From positions 22,692,001 to 22,756,000 of the forward strand of contig JAGIQG010000009.1 of NCBI GenBank assembly GCA_024679065.1: a stretch of DNA of 64,000 nucleotides. The letters run 5' to 3'. The position numbers and the translations under genes were made by a program. The notes below the pieces were generated by a model. It was given only the letters and a program-made list of their open reading frames with translations. It was not told the DNA's origin and searched no databases. This document shows, piece by piece, positions 36,520 to 49,795 of the stretch (within the stretch, counting starts at the first letter, position 1; every line of letters begins with the position of its first letter). The DNA comes from Sphyrna mokarran (taxonomy: Eukaryota).

Positions 36520-36985
36520 AAGAACAAACAAAGAAAAGTGCAGCAGGGAAACAGGCCCTTTGGCCCTCCAAGCCTGTGCCAATCATGATGCTCTAACTAA
36601 ATTGGAAAATGTCTTCTGCCCATACTAGGTCCTTATCCCTCTATTCTGTCCCTAATCATATACACATCCAGATGCCTATTGAATGTTGTTAATGTGCCTG
36701 CTTCCACCACCACATCTGACAACATGACCCCGGTATCTACTGCTCTGAGTGAAAACTGTACATACCCTTTAAACTTTCCTCCTCTCACCTTGAGCTTATG
36801 CCCTCTTGTAACTGACGCTTCCAGCCTGGGAAAAAGCCTCTGACTCTCCACCTCGTCAATGCCTCTCTCAAATTTGTACATCTCTATCAGGTTTCCCCTC
36901 AGCCTCTGTCTTTTCAGTGAAAACAATCCTAGTTTATGCAACCTCTCCTCATAGTCAATGTCCTTGAAACCAGGCAATATCTGTT
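36520..36985 (-). mobile_element. CR1 LINE 3' fragment
   Basis: YEERLHKLGLFSLKRQRLRGNLIE...TRGHKLK. Confidence 0.85.
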
Positions 36986-38855
36986 TAGTGTGTTTTGTTG
37001 GCTTTCTGTGTATTTCTGTATAAATCCAGTCAGTCTTATTTTGAAATAGTTTCCTGAATTCTTTCTTTATGACCACTTTAAGATATTGTCCCCGCATAAT
37101 ATTTCTTCGTTTTGGCTTTGGCAACAGTTATTTTGCCCGATTATCCCTCTGAAGAATCTTAGGATGCCTTTATTTCTTAAAGGTATTCTGTATATGTAAA
37201 TTATTATTGTTTCACAATTGATCACAGCATGACTAAATACTTGTCATGAATAGTTTCTTTCATTGAATTCCAATTTCTTATCCTGTTTCAGATGCTGTTG
37301 TTGATTTTAGCCTGATTAATAAACCATTCAGTGAGGCATAATCAAAGAGTTTGTGGAAACCAAAATTCCACAATTCATTTTCTTGACTTCTTTTTTGAGA
37401 ACATTACAAATAAAGTTTGCCTAGAACAGCAGTCCCCCAACTATAAATTGATTTTGACTTTTCCTTCATTAAATTACTGTCATGAGTATATCTCCTTTAT
37501 GGTTTGATTACTTTATCTGTTATTGATAGAGTGCAGTTGATGTTTGGCTAATAGTTCTGCAGTTTTCTAGGTAGGATTTGACATTTTGAAAGATCTAAGA
37601 ATAATCATAATACTTGTAATTGTGCAGACAACCAGTATTTTCATCCTTGCTAAATACTCCGAGAAAATAATGATTATCAGCACTCAAACATTTAATGAAA
37701 ATCAATGTTTTCTTGTAAATGTCCTGATGAATCAAAAGGAATAGGCTCTTAATACCTTAAAATGAGTTTTTGTCTACATTTGATATTCATTTGTCAGGCA
37801 AAACAACTTAAATAGAAAGATTTTACATTGGCATCAGTTTTTCTTTGGATCTTTAGAAACAAGTGTTGTGCAAAAGAAGTAATAGTTCAAAGTGGGGAAG
37901 TAGATTGGGTCGCAGGTTGTAGCTTTTGTTAATTGGTTTTGATCTAAATTAAGTCAGAGAAACATAGAAGATAGGAGCAGGAGGAGGCCATTTGGCCCTT
38001 CGAGCCTGCTTCACCATTCATTACAATCAGGGTGATCATCCAACTCAATAGCCGCATCCTGCTTTCTCCTCCTTTGATCCCATTCACCCTAAGTGCGATA
38101 TCGAGCCACCTCTTAAACACAATGACATTGGATAGAATTATTGATCATTTAAAAGCCAGGGCCAATTGGAATTAATTACTATGACTTAATTATTTTTGTA
38201 GGAAAATTCAGTATACCAACTTGAAGAAAGTAAACAACATCAATTTATGTCGAGCTATTTATATCTTTAGGGAAACACTATAACTACTGAAATGGTTTTG
38301 AAATGTAGCCCAGTGGTGCATGATATAAATAAGAACTTTTAGGAGATTTGTGCTAGGGGCATCTTACCGAATGAGAGACTTGTAAAAATTAATATTGGTG
38401 ATGTTGAATAGAATGTAGCTGCATAGATAAAAAAATTATTTAGAAGATCGAAAGTGCAAAATAGAAGTAAATTGATTACTTTTTCATTGGCTGGGCTCAG
38501 CTAATCTTTTCCTGTTGGAAATTCTTCTATTTTCCATTTATGTGACCTATTTTCACATTGACTTATGAAGAATTGTATTAATAAAAAATTGTATTAAAGT
38601 TTGCTGTTAAGTTAAAGAGTCAGAGGGATATAGCCTGGGTTAATGGAGTGAGCATATATCTGTCAAACGCCGTTCAATGCAGAGAAATGTGGAATAGTAC
38701 ATTTTGGATGTCAGGCTAGCAACCTTATCTCAAAATCAGAAAGTCAATACTTGAGTGAATAGTCTAGGCTAATGGCTCAGTGCAATACTGAGGGAATAAA
38801 AATTCAATGGCACTGTTTGTAGAACAGCAGGAGAGTTTTCCTTGTGTAACCCCTG

Positions 38856-39046
38856 TGTAAGGATCTCAGAGGCCCATGAGGTTGGCCTGTTGGAGTATGA
38901 TTAAAATATAAATAAATACTGAGAAATATCAGGATTACTGACACTGCACATTCTGACTTTTACCTGAAGCACTCTTAGGAGTTCAATAGAGTTTGTAAAT
39001 AAAGGAAATCTGGTGGAGGGACACCGGTCTCTGAAAAGTTATTTCA
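38856..39046 (+). mobile_element. Solo LTR inserted in a Deu-SINE
   Basis: TGTAA...TTTCA termini, flanks ccctg/ccctc (5-bp TSD, 1 mismatch), internal atataaata and aataaa; host DeuSINE rejoins across it. Confidence 0.6.
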
Positions 39047-39786
39047 CCCTCTATCAACATCTCCAAAACAGATTATTTGATCACTGAGGAAGATGATGAG
39101 GAGCCAGTGTGGGAGACTGTAGAGGATGTTGCCTGAAGAGGATGTAGAAAGTTACAGTGTTGAAGGTATAGCTGATGAAAGATTAGGTATTAATCTAGTT
39201 CCTGCACTGGCAACCTTGACCTTTTGAAAGCTAGCAGGACCATGAAATCATTAATATTTACCTAGACTGACCATAAACTTAATACACCCATTCCCTTCAG
39301 GGATTTAATGCTCACTGTGGGAAGATGTCCTACAAATTGCATAACAGAATTGACTGCATTTCAAAAAGTCCTTGTGTGTGAAACACTTTGGGATATCCAG
39401 TTGTCAAGAAAGAACTTTTTTTCCTTTAAAACAACCTTTCAAATTCTTAGCCCTATAAATTGGTTGAAAGGCATCCAAGTATGATTTATTTGAAGTGGCT
39501 TTTCAATGCCCGTTTCATCATTTGTACAGGATTAAGAGGAACAAGATTTCTTCAGTGGTTCTTCCACTGACATGGGAACATGGAAGATGTGAGGGGGGTG
39601 GGATGAATGGAGAGGTCATGGGTGAGGGCCATCAGGCCGAATGATAGAATTGGGATGATATCAATAAATGGAGGCACGTCTTCTAACCTACCAGCCTCAC
39701 CAGCTACCCTCATATGTTGCTGCTCGGAAGGTGCAAGACCTGACTTGAGCCTTCACTTGACTCCAAATGACCAAACTACTATGACA

Positions 39787-39922
39787 AGCTTTGACAAAGG
39801 ATCATCTGGAGTTGAAAAATCAGCTCATTTCTCTCTTTACAGATGCTGCCAGATCTGCTCAAATTTTTCACCATTTTCTCTTCTGGTTTCAGATTCCAGC
39901 ATCTGCAGTAATTTCCTTTTAC
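39787..39922 (+). mobile_element. PLE pLTR end carrying a U3-A8 hammerhead variant (copy on - strand at 45232-45355)
   Basis: agct TTGACAA a ggatc atctg gagtt GAAA aa TC agct, then cagatgctgccagatctgct...ttccagcatctgcag. Confidence 0.65.
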
Positions 39923-39939
39923 TAAGAATTGGCAGTGTT

Positions 39940-40686
39940 GGCAGTTGGCAGAAAGGTTTGGCAGTGTTGATCAGGAACAATATTACAGTGCTGGAGTGGG
40001 AGGATGTCTTGGAGAAGTCAGGGGCAGAATCTATTTGGTCAAAGCTAAGAAACAATCAAGGTCCCATTGCAAATTCTTCCATAGTCTTCCAATTGGTGCA
40101 AAAGACACAGAAAACAAATTTTTAATGGAGATGTATAATCTACAAAAATTATAATACAGTTATGCTGGATAGGTTTAACTGCCCAAAAATAGACTTTATC
40201 CTGACATAGACTAGGATAGCAGTCATGCAAAGGTCAAAAAAGTGTGTTCGCTCAAATGAGGAATGTTGCATTGTGGATCCAGTTCCAGTGAATGAGCTTA
40301 TGAATCAAAGTTCAACAGGATCTTTTCGGGAGTGTGATCATAGCATCATAATATTAGGTTTGCTATTAAAAAAAAATAGCAATTCAAAGTAAATATACAC
40401 AACTCGGAGAAGGACCAATTTCGATGGAGTAAGAATGGATCTGGCTGAGATAAATTGAAATATTAGAAAGATAAAATAGAATTGAAAAAATGATAATTCA
40501 ACCACAATCAAGAACATTCCTAGAAGGCAGAAGGATAGGACAAATGGGGTCTTTTGAGAGACTTCTGGATGAGTATATGGAAAAGAATAGGATAGGGGGT
40601 TATAGATAGGTCTGTGGATTGGTAGATGTGATTGGCACAACTCGTGGGCCGAAGGGCCTGTTTGTGCTGTATTGTTCTATGTTCTA
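39940..40686 (+). mobile_element. Old CR1 endonuclease-region fragment followed by a young CR1 tail (40545-40686)
   Basis: GLAVLIRNNITVLE..ESIW; the tail closely matches 5895-6040. Confidence 0.7.
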
Positions 40687-40931
40687 TTAATTGCATTGAT
40701 TATGTGGAACTTTGCGATGTGTAAATTTTCAGCTGTCTTCCCTATATTGCAACAGTGACTATAGCTCAAAATTCCTCATTGGATGTGAAGTGCTTTGGTG
40801 CATACTGTAGTTGAGAAATGCATCATATAAATGCGTGTGTGTTTCCATTTTACCTCAGAGATGAACTTCAATCATCTTTTCTTGTCTTCACATTTTCTGA
40901 TTTCTTATTGCTTCTGACCTTCTCTGCCCAG

Positions 40932-41134
40932 AAGCGTCATCGTTCTAATGACTCAACTGCATCAGGGAGAGACCGGAGTCACAGCTGTGATTCTGTGGAA
41001 ACGATGCCTTTTAAACTGAAGGAGGAACAGTGGCTGGGCGAGATCTCCAATGCATTCATGCAGCAATACATCCAGTATCTACAGAGCATGGGTTTTATCC
41101 TAGTACAGGTTCGCCCACCTTCCCCTACAAGGAG
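40932..41134 (+). CDS. SZT2: SZT2 exon (KRHRS...FMQQYIQYLQSMGFILVQVRPPSPTR)
   Basis: ctctgcccag acceptor, ag|gtaagc donor, phase 0-2. Confidence 0.93.
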
Positions 41135-41894
41135 GTAAGCAGGACAGTTTAATGCAAGGTTGCAGAATTGTTACCTGCACTTCTGTGTACAAATCATGCA
41201 ATTGAAACAATGCAGCTGCTACTCACTCATATTACTCGGTGAGGTATATAATTCATGTTCTGCTGTGATACTAAGATAAACTTTAAATGGATGTAAGAGA
41301 ATGAAATCCATTTCAGAATGTCATACGGATCCTGCATTGTGACTTATTCAATAAAGTATCTATCATCACAATATATGGAAGTTAGTGAGCATCCACACAT
41401 TCCATTTCGCTAAAATAACCCCAGTAATTTATTTGGGAAAAAAAAGGTGGTGTATAAATATCCTCGGGGAAAACTGAAAGAAAGTGTTGTTTTTCACTGG
41501 CCCTTCCAGTTTCCTAATCATATTTTCATCAGACATTGAAAGTGCGAGCTAAATGTCAAATGTAGATCGTTATTATACACTTTCGCTGCTAACAGTAAAA
41601 TGGAATGCCTGGAGTGGAATGTAGAAACCCTATTTGGGAAGGACGGATGACTGTAGGGAAAAATCAACTGACTGTCACTTTGAAAACTATATTCAGCCTA
41701 CATAAATACAAAATAATAACTCAACTGGCACACAAGTAGATTCTAAGAATAATAAAAGCAAATGTCTGTTAGCTTGTAGTTTTTTTTACAGAACTGCAAG
41801 TCCAGATCAGCACAGTGCCAAAACAGCATCTCTGTATTTCAGTCCCAATCTGCTACTATACACTACCTGTTGTAAAATTGTATGTGTACCTAAT

Positions 41895-42160
41895 AGAATA
41901 GAATCCTTACAGTGCAGAAGAAAGCTATTTGGATTATCGAGTTTGACCCACAACAATCCCAGGCCTATCTCTGTAATCCTACGTATAAGCCCTGCTGATC
42001 GCCCAAAAGTGAGGGGCAATTTACCAAGGCCAATTCACCTAACCTGCATGCCTTTAAACTATGGGAGGAAACTGGAGGAAACTCATGCAGATGTAGGGTG
42101 AATGTGCAGACTCCACACAGTCACCTGAAGCTGGAATTGAACCCTGATCTCTGGCGCACC
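41895..42160 (-). mobile_element. HE1-like V-SINE (tail A)
   Basis: atagaatccttacagtgcagaag start; tgcagactccacacag V core reverse complement. Confidence 0.75.
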
Positions 42161-42250
42161 AGTTAGTATGGTTTACTGGGCCAGGATATTCACCAGAGAC
42201 TCAGTCTGCCCTTGGTAGCATTCAGCCCATTTTCCTGATGGTCCCAATGC

Positions 42251-42580
42251 AGGGAGGCAATGGCCTAGTGCTATTACCACTAGACTATTAATCCAGAAAT
42301 TCAGCTAATGTTTTGGGGTTTTGAGTTCAAATCCCTGCCACAGTGATGGCAATTTTTTGAAATCAATAAAACATCTAGAATTACGAATCTACAGTTGATC
42401 GTGAAATCATTGTCAATTGTTGCAAAAACCCATCTGGATTATTGAACCCCTTTAGGGAAGGAAACCTGCCATCCTTACTTAGTCTGGCCTACTTGTCACA
42501 CCAGAGCCATGTCAATGTGATTGACTCTCAACTCTCTGAAATGGCTAAGCAAGTCACTCAATTCAACTAGAGATGAGCAT
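42251..42580 (+). mobile_element. tRNA-derived SINE, family C
   Basis: Similar to the 14515 copy. Confidence 0.7.
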
Positions 42581-42666
42581 GTGCTGCCCAACTGTCCATC
42601 TACAGTGGCATGTTAAGCAAGGCTGTTGCCTCCCACACTACCTAATGCTCCCCTTCGCAACAACAC

Positions 42667-42948
42667 GGGTAGCATCGTGGCATAATGGTTAGCACCACTG
42701 CCTCTCAATGCCAGGGATCTGAGTTCAATTCCTGGCTTGGGTTACTGACTGTGAGGAGTTTCCTCCCACAGTCCAAAAACATGCAGGCTGGGTTGATTGA
42801 TTCACGCTAAATTGCCACCTAGTGTCCCGGAATGCATAGGTTAGAGGGATTAGCGGAATAAATATATGGGAGTTATGGGGAGAGGGCCTGGGTGGGATTG
42901 CTGACTCGGTGACCAAATGGCCTCCTTGTGCACTGTAGAGATTTTATG
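42667..42948 (+). mobile_element. HE1-like V-SINE (tail A), internally deleted
   Basis: Head, partial V core, tail. Confidence 0.75.
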
Positions 42949-43170
42949 GCTAAGTTGTGCGCTATGATGAGACGCACTACATTGTTGCTGATAGACCAAG
43001 TTAAATCTTGTTGCAACAGTTCAACATGTTCCTCCAATTTTGCAAGCCAATTGCTTTTACTCATAATCATCCTCGACAGTTATTGTTCAGAAAATCTGAC
43101 TGGTGTGATGCGGTACTCCATTCCACTGATCACTTTACTGACCTGCATATTTTGGGTTTATTTCTTTCAG

Positions 43171-43243
43171 TTTGGGACGGACTCGGCCATTGGATTCGCG
43201 ATCTATATCTATTCACAAACAGAAAAGTGATGACAGTCCAAAG
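43171..43243 (+). CDS. SZT2: SZT2 exon (SLGRTRPLDSRSISIHKQKSDDSPK)
   Basis: tttctttcag acceptor, aag|gtgagc donor, phase 2-0 bridges the neighbours; ends like human KTDGSPK. Confidence 0.85.
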
Positions 43244-43404
43244 GTGAGCGGTCGAGAGCATTTGGAGAATGGTTCATGGCGAAAATTTGAATCCTTGCCT
43301 ATGCAATCCAAAACTACTTATTGCAATTAGCAAGTGAATGCTCAAAGAACTTGTATGTTTCAGTGACGCTTCAAAGCAGATGCTCAGCTTTTTATTACAG
43401 CATC

Positions 43405-45100
43405 AGAGAATACTACAGTGTGAAAGAGGCCCTTCAGCCCATCGAGTTTGAGCTGACGCATGAAAAGCACTGACCTGCCCACCTAATCCCATTGCCAGCA
43501 CTTGGCCCATAGCCTTGAATGTTATGACATGCCAAGTACTCATCCTTTTTAAAGGATGTGAGGCATCTCGCCTTCTCTACCCTTCCAGGCAGTGCACTCC
43601 AGACTGTCACCACCCTCTAAGTAAAAACGTTTTTCTTCACATTCCTCCCCCAAACCTCCTACCTCTCACTTTTAACTTGTGTCCCCTTGTAACTGACCCT
43701 TCAAATAAAGGGAATAGTTGCTTCTTGATTACAAAGTTTAACATTGCAAGTTAAACAGCAGACAGAAACATGGTATAATGTTCATTTGTTGATATTGTCG
43801 AGTCATGTTCAGGCTTCTATGCGACCTTTAAAATAATTTCCAGATATTTGATTCCCAGACACTTTGTGAATCATTGTTTTATTTTTATAGAACAGATTCT
43901 AGAAACCTGAAATAAAAACCAAAAATGTTAAAAATATTCAGCAGGTTAAGGCAGCAAAAGTGGAGAGACAGACAGACAGCATTAACAGTTCACATTAGTG
44001 ATCTTCCATCAAAAAGTTCTAGTGGCTTACATGTGACTATAGACCTATTAATTGTGATAATTTCTGAACTACACTCTGTCATAGATCAAGCAATTCAGTG
44101 GTGTCCAAGGACATGACTCAACACTCTGTTTTCAAGGGCAGCCAAGGTGGGCATCAGTGCCTTCTCTGTGCTGCCCACATTCTCTGAATGAGTTTTTTAA
44201 AAACTGGCCTTTTAGACCAAAGTGGAGCTCATGTTTAACAAGAATAATATATGCAAATTAATGGGAAAACTGACTGTAATTGAGGCATTTACAACACTTC
44301 AGTAGAACGAAAAGCACTTAAAATTGAAATGGCATGAAAAGAGATTCTTACAATGCCAACTTGACTGTAGCTCAAGAAATAACACGGCATTTAATTGCAA
44401 GTTGCAGAGTTCTGTCATGTTCGTAGTATTATTAAAATTAATTGATGGTTGGTTTCAATATACATTTCTGATTGAACATGCCAGAGAGATAAGCAAGCGC
44501 TAGAAGTAGACTGTCTGCATCTGCTGTCACGCTACCAACCATGTAAAGACCTGGGCAAGGATCACAGGATGTTTTTGCTCTACAAAGTTAAGGTGGAATT
44601 TTCCCAAAATTTCACAGTGCTGGAGTAGGCAAGGGAGGCTGTGTGAAACTCGCTGGTTTCACAGCTGTCTATGCTAGTGAGGGTTACACAGCCAGCTTTA
44701 GGGGGATGAGCAGAGCTTAAAGAAAGGGTGACTTGATCTCAAAATGTTCTTCACAATCTGGGGCAATACTTACCTCCATGTCGCTGCCTTGGTAATCACA
44801 GAAATCATACAGTGCAGAAGCGGCCTATCGAGTCTGCACCAACACATCAGAAACAACTGAACTCTCATCTAATTCCATCTACCAGCACTTGGCTCATATG
44901 AATGTTATGATGTGCCAAGTGCTCATCCAGGTATTTCTTAAAGGATGTGAGACAACCGGCCTCTATCACCCTCCCAGGCAATCCATTCCAGACCTCACCA
45001 TCCTCTGGGTAAAATAGTTCTCCTCTCATCCCCCCTAAATCTCCTGCACCTCACCTTGAACTTGTGCCCCTTATGACTGACCTTTCAAGTAAGGGGAATC
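43405..45100 (-). mobile_element. Two CR1 3' ends of one subfamily (43405-43725 and 44800-45100)
   Basis: Shared gaatgttatga..tgccaagt.ctcatcc...aaggatgtgag...ccaggca...ccagac blocks. Confidence 0.7.
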
Positions 45101-45509
45101 ATGATTGGTTTTTGTCAGTAGCAGTTCCTGCTGGCATGACATCAGGCTGGCGGGGGACAACATCTAACCATCCTGGAAGCAATGGCACTAATACATAATG
45201 ACATTTAAATGAATTCTAACAGATGGAATTTAAAGAGAAAATGTTGGAAAATCTCAGCAGATCTGGCAGCATCTGTAAGGAGAGAAAAGATTTGACATTT
45301 TGAGTCCAGACGATCCTTTGTCAAAGATTTCAGCATCTGTAGTAATTTACTTTTATCTAATTGATGGAAATAAGGTTCCTGCCCTTTCTGGGTGTTAACC
45401 AGATTATGTCACTGGCAGGCAGTGAAAAAAGATCTCAACCTGAGATCTTGACACCGGCAAACCTCAAATATGACCCTCTCGCAAGAGTTAGTAGCCATAA
45501 ATGTTCGGA

Positions 45510-46858
45510 AAATGCTAGAAAGAAGAAATAGCAGGACACCTAGGAAAGAACAGTTTGATCAAGCAGATGCAGCACGGATTTGTGAAGGGGAAGTCGTGTT
45601 TAACAAATTTACCGGATTTCTGTGAAGATGTGACTAGTGCGGTAGACAGAGGGGAACCAGTGTATGTGGTGTTTTTAGATTTCCAGAAGGTATTCGATAA
45701 GGTGCCTCACAAAAGGTTGTTGCAGAAAGTTAGGGTACACGGAGTTGGGAATAAAGTATTAGCGTGGATTGAGGATTGTTTATCTAACAAGAAGCAGAGA
45801 GTTGGAATCAGTGGATGCTTTTCTAGTTGGCAGTTGGTGACTAGTGGAGTGCTGCAGGAATCGATGCTGGGGCCTCAACTGTTTACCATTTACATGGACG
45901 ATCTGGAGGAGGGGGCTGAGTGTAAGAAACAAAATTTGCTGATACGAAGATGAGTGGAAAAGCAAATTGCATGGAGGGCGCGGAATGTCTGCAGAGAGAT
46001 CTGGATAGGCTGTGAGTGGGCGAGGGCCTGGCAGATGTAGCAAATGTGAGGTTATCCACTTCAGTAGAAATAATAGTAGGAGGGATTATTATTTAAAGGA
46101 TGAAAAATTGCAACATGCTACTGTGCAGAGGGACCTGCGGGTCCTTGTGCACAAATTGCAAAAACTCAGTCTGTAGGTGCAGCAGGTGATCAAGAAGGCG
46201 AATGGAATGTTGGCCTTTATAGTGAGGGAGATAGAATATAAAAGCAGGGAGGTCTTGCTGCAACTGTACAAAGCACTGGTGAGGCTGTAATTGGAGTACT
46301 GTGTGCAGTTTTGGTCCCCTTGTTTGCAAAAGGATATATTGGCCTTGGAGGAAGTATAGAGAAGGTTCACCAGACTGATACCGGAGATGAGGGGGTTAGC
46401 TTATGAGGAGAGATTGAATAGATTGGGCCTGTATCCGTTAAAATTTAGAAGGCTGAGGGGGAATCTTATAGAGATTTACAAGATAATGAAGGGGCTAGAT
46501 AGGGTAGAGATAGAGAGATTCTTTCCACTTAGAAAAGATAGCAGAATTAGAGGGCACAGCCTCACAATAAGGGGGGAGGGGGAGCAATTTAGAACGGAGT
46601 TGAGAAGGAACTTTTTCACTCAGATGATGGTGAATCTCTGGAATTCTCTGCCCATTGAAGTGGTGGAGGCTACTTTGTTGAATATGTTTAAGTCATGGGT
46701 AGATAGATTTCTGATAGACAAGGGAGTTAAGCGTTATAGGGAGAAAGCGGGAAAGTGAAACTGATCCACTTCAGATCACTCATGATCTTATTGAACGGTG
46801 GGGCAGGCTCGAGGGGCTAGATGGCCTACTCCTGCTCCTATTTCTTATGTTCTTATGA
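45510..46858 (+). mobile_element. CR1 LINE RT/3' fragment, degenerate
   Basis: [25 protein letters not shown], frameshifts and stops; ttcttatgttcttatg tail. Confidence 0.9.
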
Positions 46859-48154
46859 AATGGGATCTATGCACTGAGAATTGCAGCCTTCATGTCAGCA
46901 GGAAGCCAATTACAAAGGAATGCAATCTGCTGCATGGAAATCTATAGTTAACCAGCACTGTAGAGATTGCACTACCAGTGACATTCAGGATCCTCTCCTC
47001 CCTCTCATTTCCTAATTTCAACTACTCAGCTAGCCTAGGGATGGCCTTCAGTAGTAGCCAATGTACTTCCCACATATGCATCACGTGGTCTGAAACCTAT
47101 GTGATTCTTGCATGTTTCTGTTGGATGCCCGGAAATAATGAGTGACAGTGCGAACTAATAGCACTCGTGTAAGGAGCCTTTGTTCTTGCCTTTAAAGATG
47201 CTGAAATATTAGGATATCTAATATGATGTCCTTGGAAGAATCAAGTGCTTTAGAAGTTCTGAGCTTTTCTCGAGTTTGTATTTGTTCCCCTTTATAATGT
47301 CAATTCTGACATTATAAAGTCTGACACTAATATTACTTTTTGTAAATGATCTGCCTTTCAAAATTGGGCATTTTGCATCAGGAATTTTGGCACTTGCTTA
47401 TGAATGAGAGTGCACTGATCCCGTATAACCTCTGGACGGAGAATTTCATTTTTATGGGTTGTTTTAATTGGTTAAAATCGCTGGTCACTTGCCTTATTTA
47501 GAAAAGCAGTGTCGTTTTTTTCCTAACAAAGTAAAAAATGTTTAGATTGATTTTAAAATGTACTTTGATATATTTTCACGTTGCTGTGAGGGAGTTTATT
47601 ACTGCTGACCAGCTTTTGATTTTTATCAAACACCGATAGGACCATGTGATCATTCATCACTTGCTGTTTAGTACTAATAGGATTAGAAGCCCACCTTCCA
47701 GGAACTCTTCGACATAAGTCTCAAGTTAGCGCAGCCTCAACATAAATGGTTTCACTGTTAAGTTTTGTAATGGCTACTCCTGGGATAGATTTGAAATTAT
47801 CTTTATAAGTTGCCCTGTAAATCATGCTTCATGGTGTCTGTCTGTCTTTGTATGATATGTGGATGGAGTCTTTGAGCTCTCTTAATCTTCAGATAGATTT
47901 ATGAGTTTTGTCCAATCTTAATTGCTGAACTGCATGAGCTATTTAGCATGTGACAAAAGAGGCACATTGTATGGAAGGTAAGAGCCGGTTCATCAACACA
48001 GAAGCCCATTCTGTAATGCTATCTCTGCAGTTTTTATCAACCAGTGCTGTGTGACGAAAGTTCCTACACTGGTATCAAGCCTCAGGCACATGGTAAAAGA
48101 TTGTAGTAATCACAGTGACTGAATCATTTCATTATGTGTGGAAATCTATTACAG

Positions 48155-48238
48155 AGTGCAGATGGCTCCAGTGTAATGACCTACCATCTTCAAAGGGCTC
48201 TGCCAGGTGGAATTGTCCTCATGGAGCTTGCTTTTCAG
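48155..48238 (+). CDS. SZT2: SZT2 exon ([28 protein letters not shown])
   Basis: ttacag acceptor, cag|gtaagg donor, 84 nt. Confidence 0.92.
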
Positions 48239-48559
48239 GTAAGGACAATGTGCTTGCAAAGCTATTAGACATTTTCATTTATCTCATGGCTGATATATGT
48301 ACCTTATTTTGTGCAGAAGGGATGTAATTACGTTATGTTACAGAATTGAAAAAATAAACTTCTGGTGAATGGGAGTATTCAGAATGATCAGAGTGATATC
48401 TGACCACATAACTCACGAGTGAATGCAATCAGATATATTGCGACCATTTCCCGGCCTAGCCCCAACCTTCCACTCCCAACCCTGACCTCCTATTCCAGGC
48501 CTTTTCTGATCTCTAACCCCCTTCCACACTACCTAATGCTTCCTTCTCACCAATACAGG

Positions 48560-48835
48560 TGGTATGGTGGCACAGTGGTTATCACTGCTGCCTCACAGCT
48601 CCAGGGACCTGGGTTCAATTCCCAGCATATTCTCCTTGTGTCGTGTGGGTTTCCTCTGTGTACTCCAGTTTCCATTCAGAAGATATGCTGATTAAGCGCA
48701 TTGCCCATGCTAAATTCTCCCTCAATGTACCTGAACAGGCACTGGAGTGTGGCGACTGTGGCATTTTTCACAATTATGGTATTGTAGTGTTAATGTAAGC
48801 CTACTTGTGAAACTTATAAATGAAACTTTAAAAGT
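48560..48835 (+). mobile_element. V-SINE (tail B); extra tail copy at 48950-49045
   Basis: Head, V core, tail B. Confidence 0.8.
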
Positions 48836-49547
48836 TTAAACATTATGGCCGCAATTCTCCCTTCATGCTGCACTAAAAAAATTAGAATCTTCTGCAGTGG
48901 GCAGGGAGAATCTCAGTGGGCCATGTACAGATTTTGTGCATGCATTCCCCCAAACAGGTGCCAGAGTGTGGCGACTAAAGGATTTTCCACAGTAACTTCA
49001 TTGCAGTGTTAATATAAGCTTACTTGTAACACTAATACAATAAAATTTAAAAAAAAAATAATGTGAGTGGGATTTTCCAGACTCATTGTGGTAGATTTTC
49101 CTGTGGTAGATGGGGCGAGCCATTCAAATCTCCATTGCGTTCAATGGGAGAGCCAGAATATTCATCCTATTTAATTACAAATTGTTATAAGCTTCATCAC
49201 AATATCTAATGCACTCCATAATTTAAGGCAATGCTTCCAGATCTCTCAAACTGACATCCAGATATTATTGCATGAGCTTTCTTCCATTTGATTGTTAGAA
49301 AAAAATGCTGGTCTCCTGCTATCTTCATACCTCCTTATTACCTCCTCAGATGAAAAATTGCTCTATACCATGGAGGTGCTAATCATGCAATATAAATTGA
49401 TGTCACCCAGCCTATAACCCCAGAGCTTATTTGTGAGGTTAATGTTGTTGCATTAATTTTACCTACAAACGCAGGAATTCTGATTGAGTACAAGAAGGAA
49501 AACATAGCCAGTGTTCTCCCAATACAGCTGTCAATATGATTGCCATG

Positions 49548-49795
49548 ACATCTGAAATCTCAGTACAGCAGTCAGTGTGATACTGTGAGTGGGATCCCGG
49601 TCAGTGTGACTCGGTGAAAGCTCAGGAATCTCAATTGTGACTCGGTGAACATGCTGGATCTTTGATATAGCAATCAGTATGATAACTAGTGACACTCAGG
49701 AATCTCAATGCAGCAATCATCACGACTCTGTGAACACTCTGAAATCTCAATACAGCAGTCATTATGAGTGTGTGAGACACTCAAATCTTAGTACC
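49548..49795. repeat. Degenerate ~40-bp minisatellite (~6 units)
   Basis: Recurring gtgaacactc(a)ggaatctcaatacagcagtcagtgtgactc(g) unit. Confidence 0.65.

Noticed and set aside
39607-40125. 172-aa ORF
   Set aside because: Chance read-through across PLE pLTR and CR1 fragments.
49548-49795. CRISPR-like array
   Set aside because: Contiguous diverged tandem units without unique spacers; vertebrate context, no cas genes.
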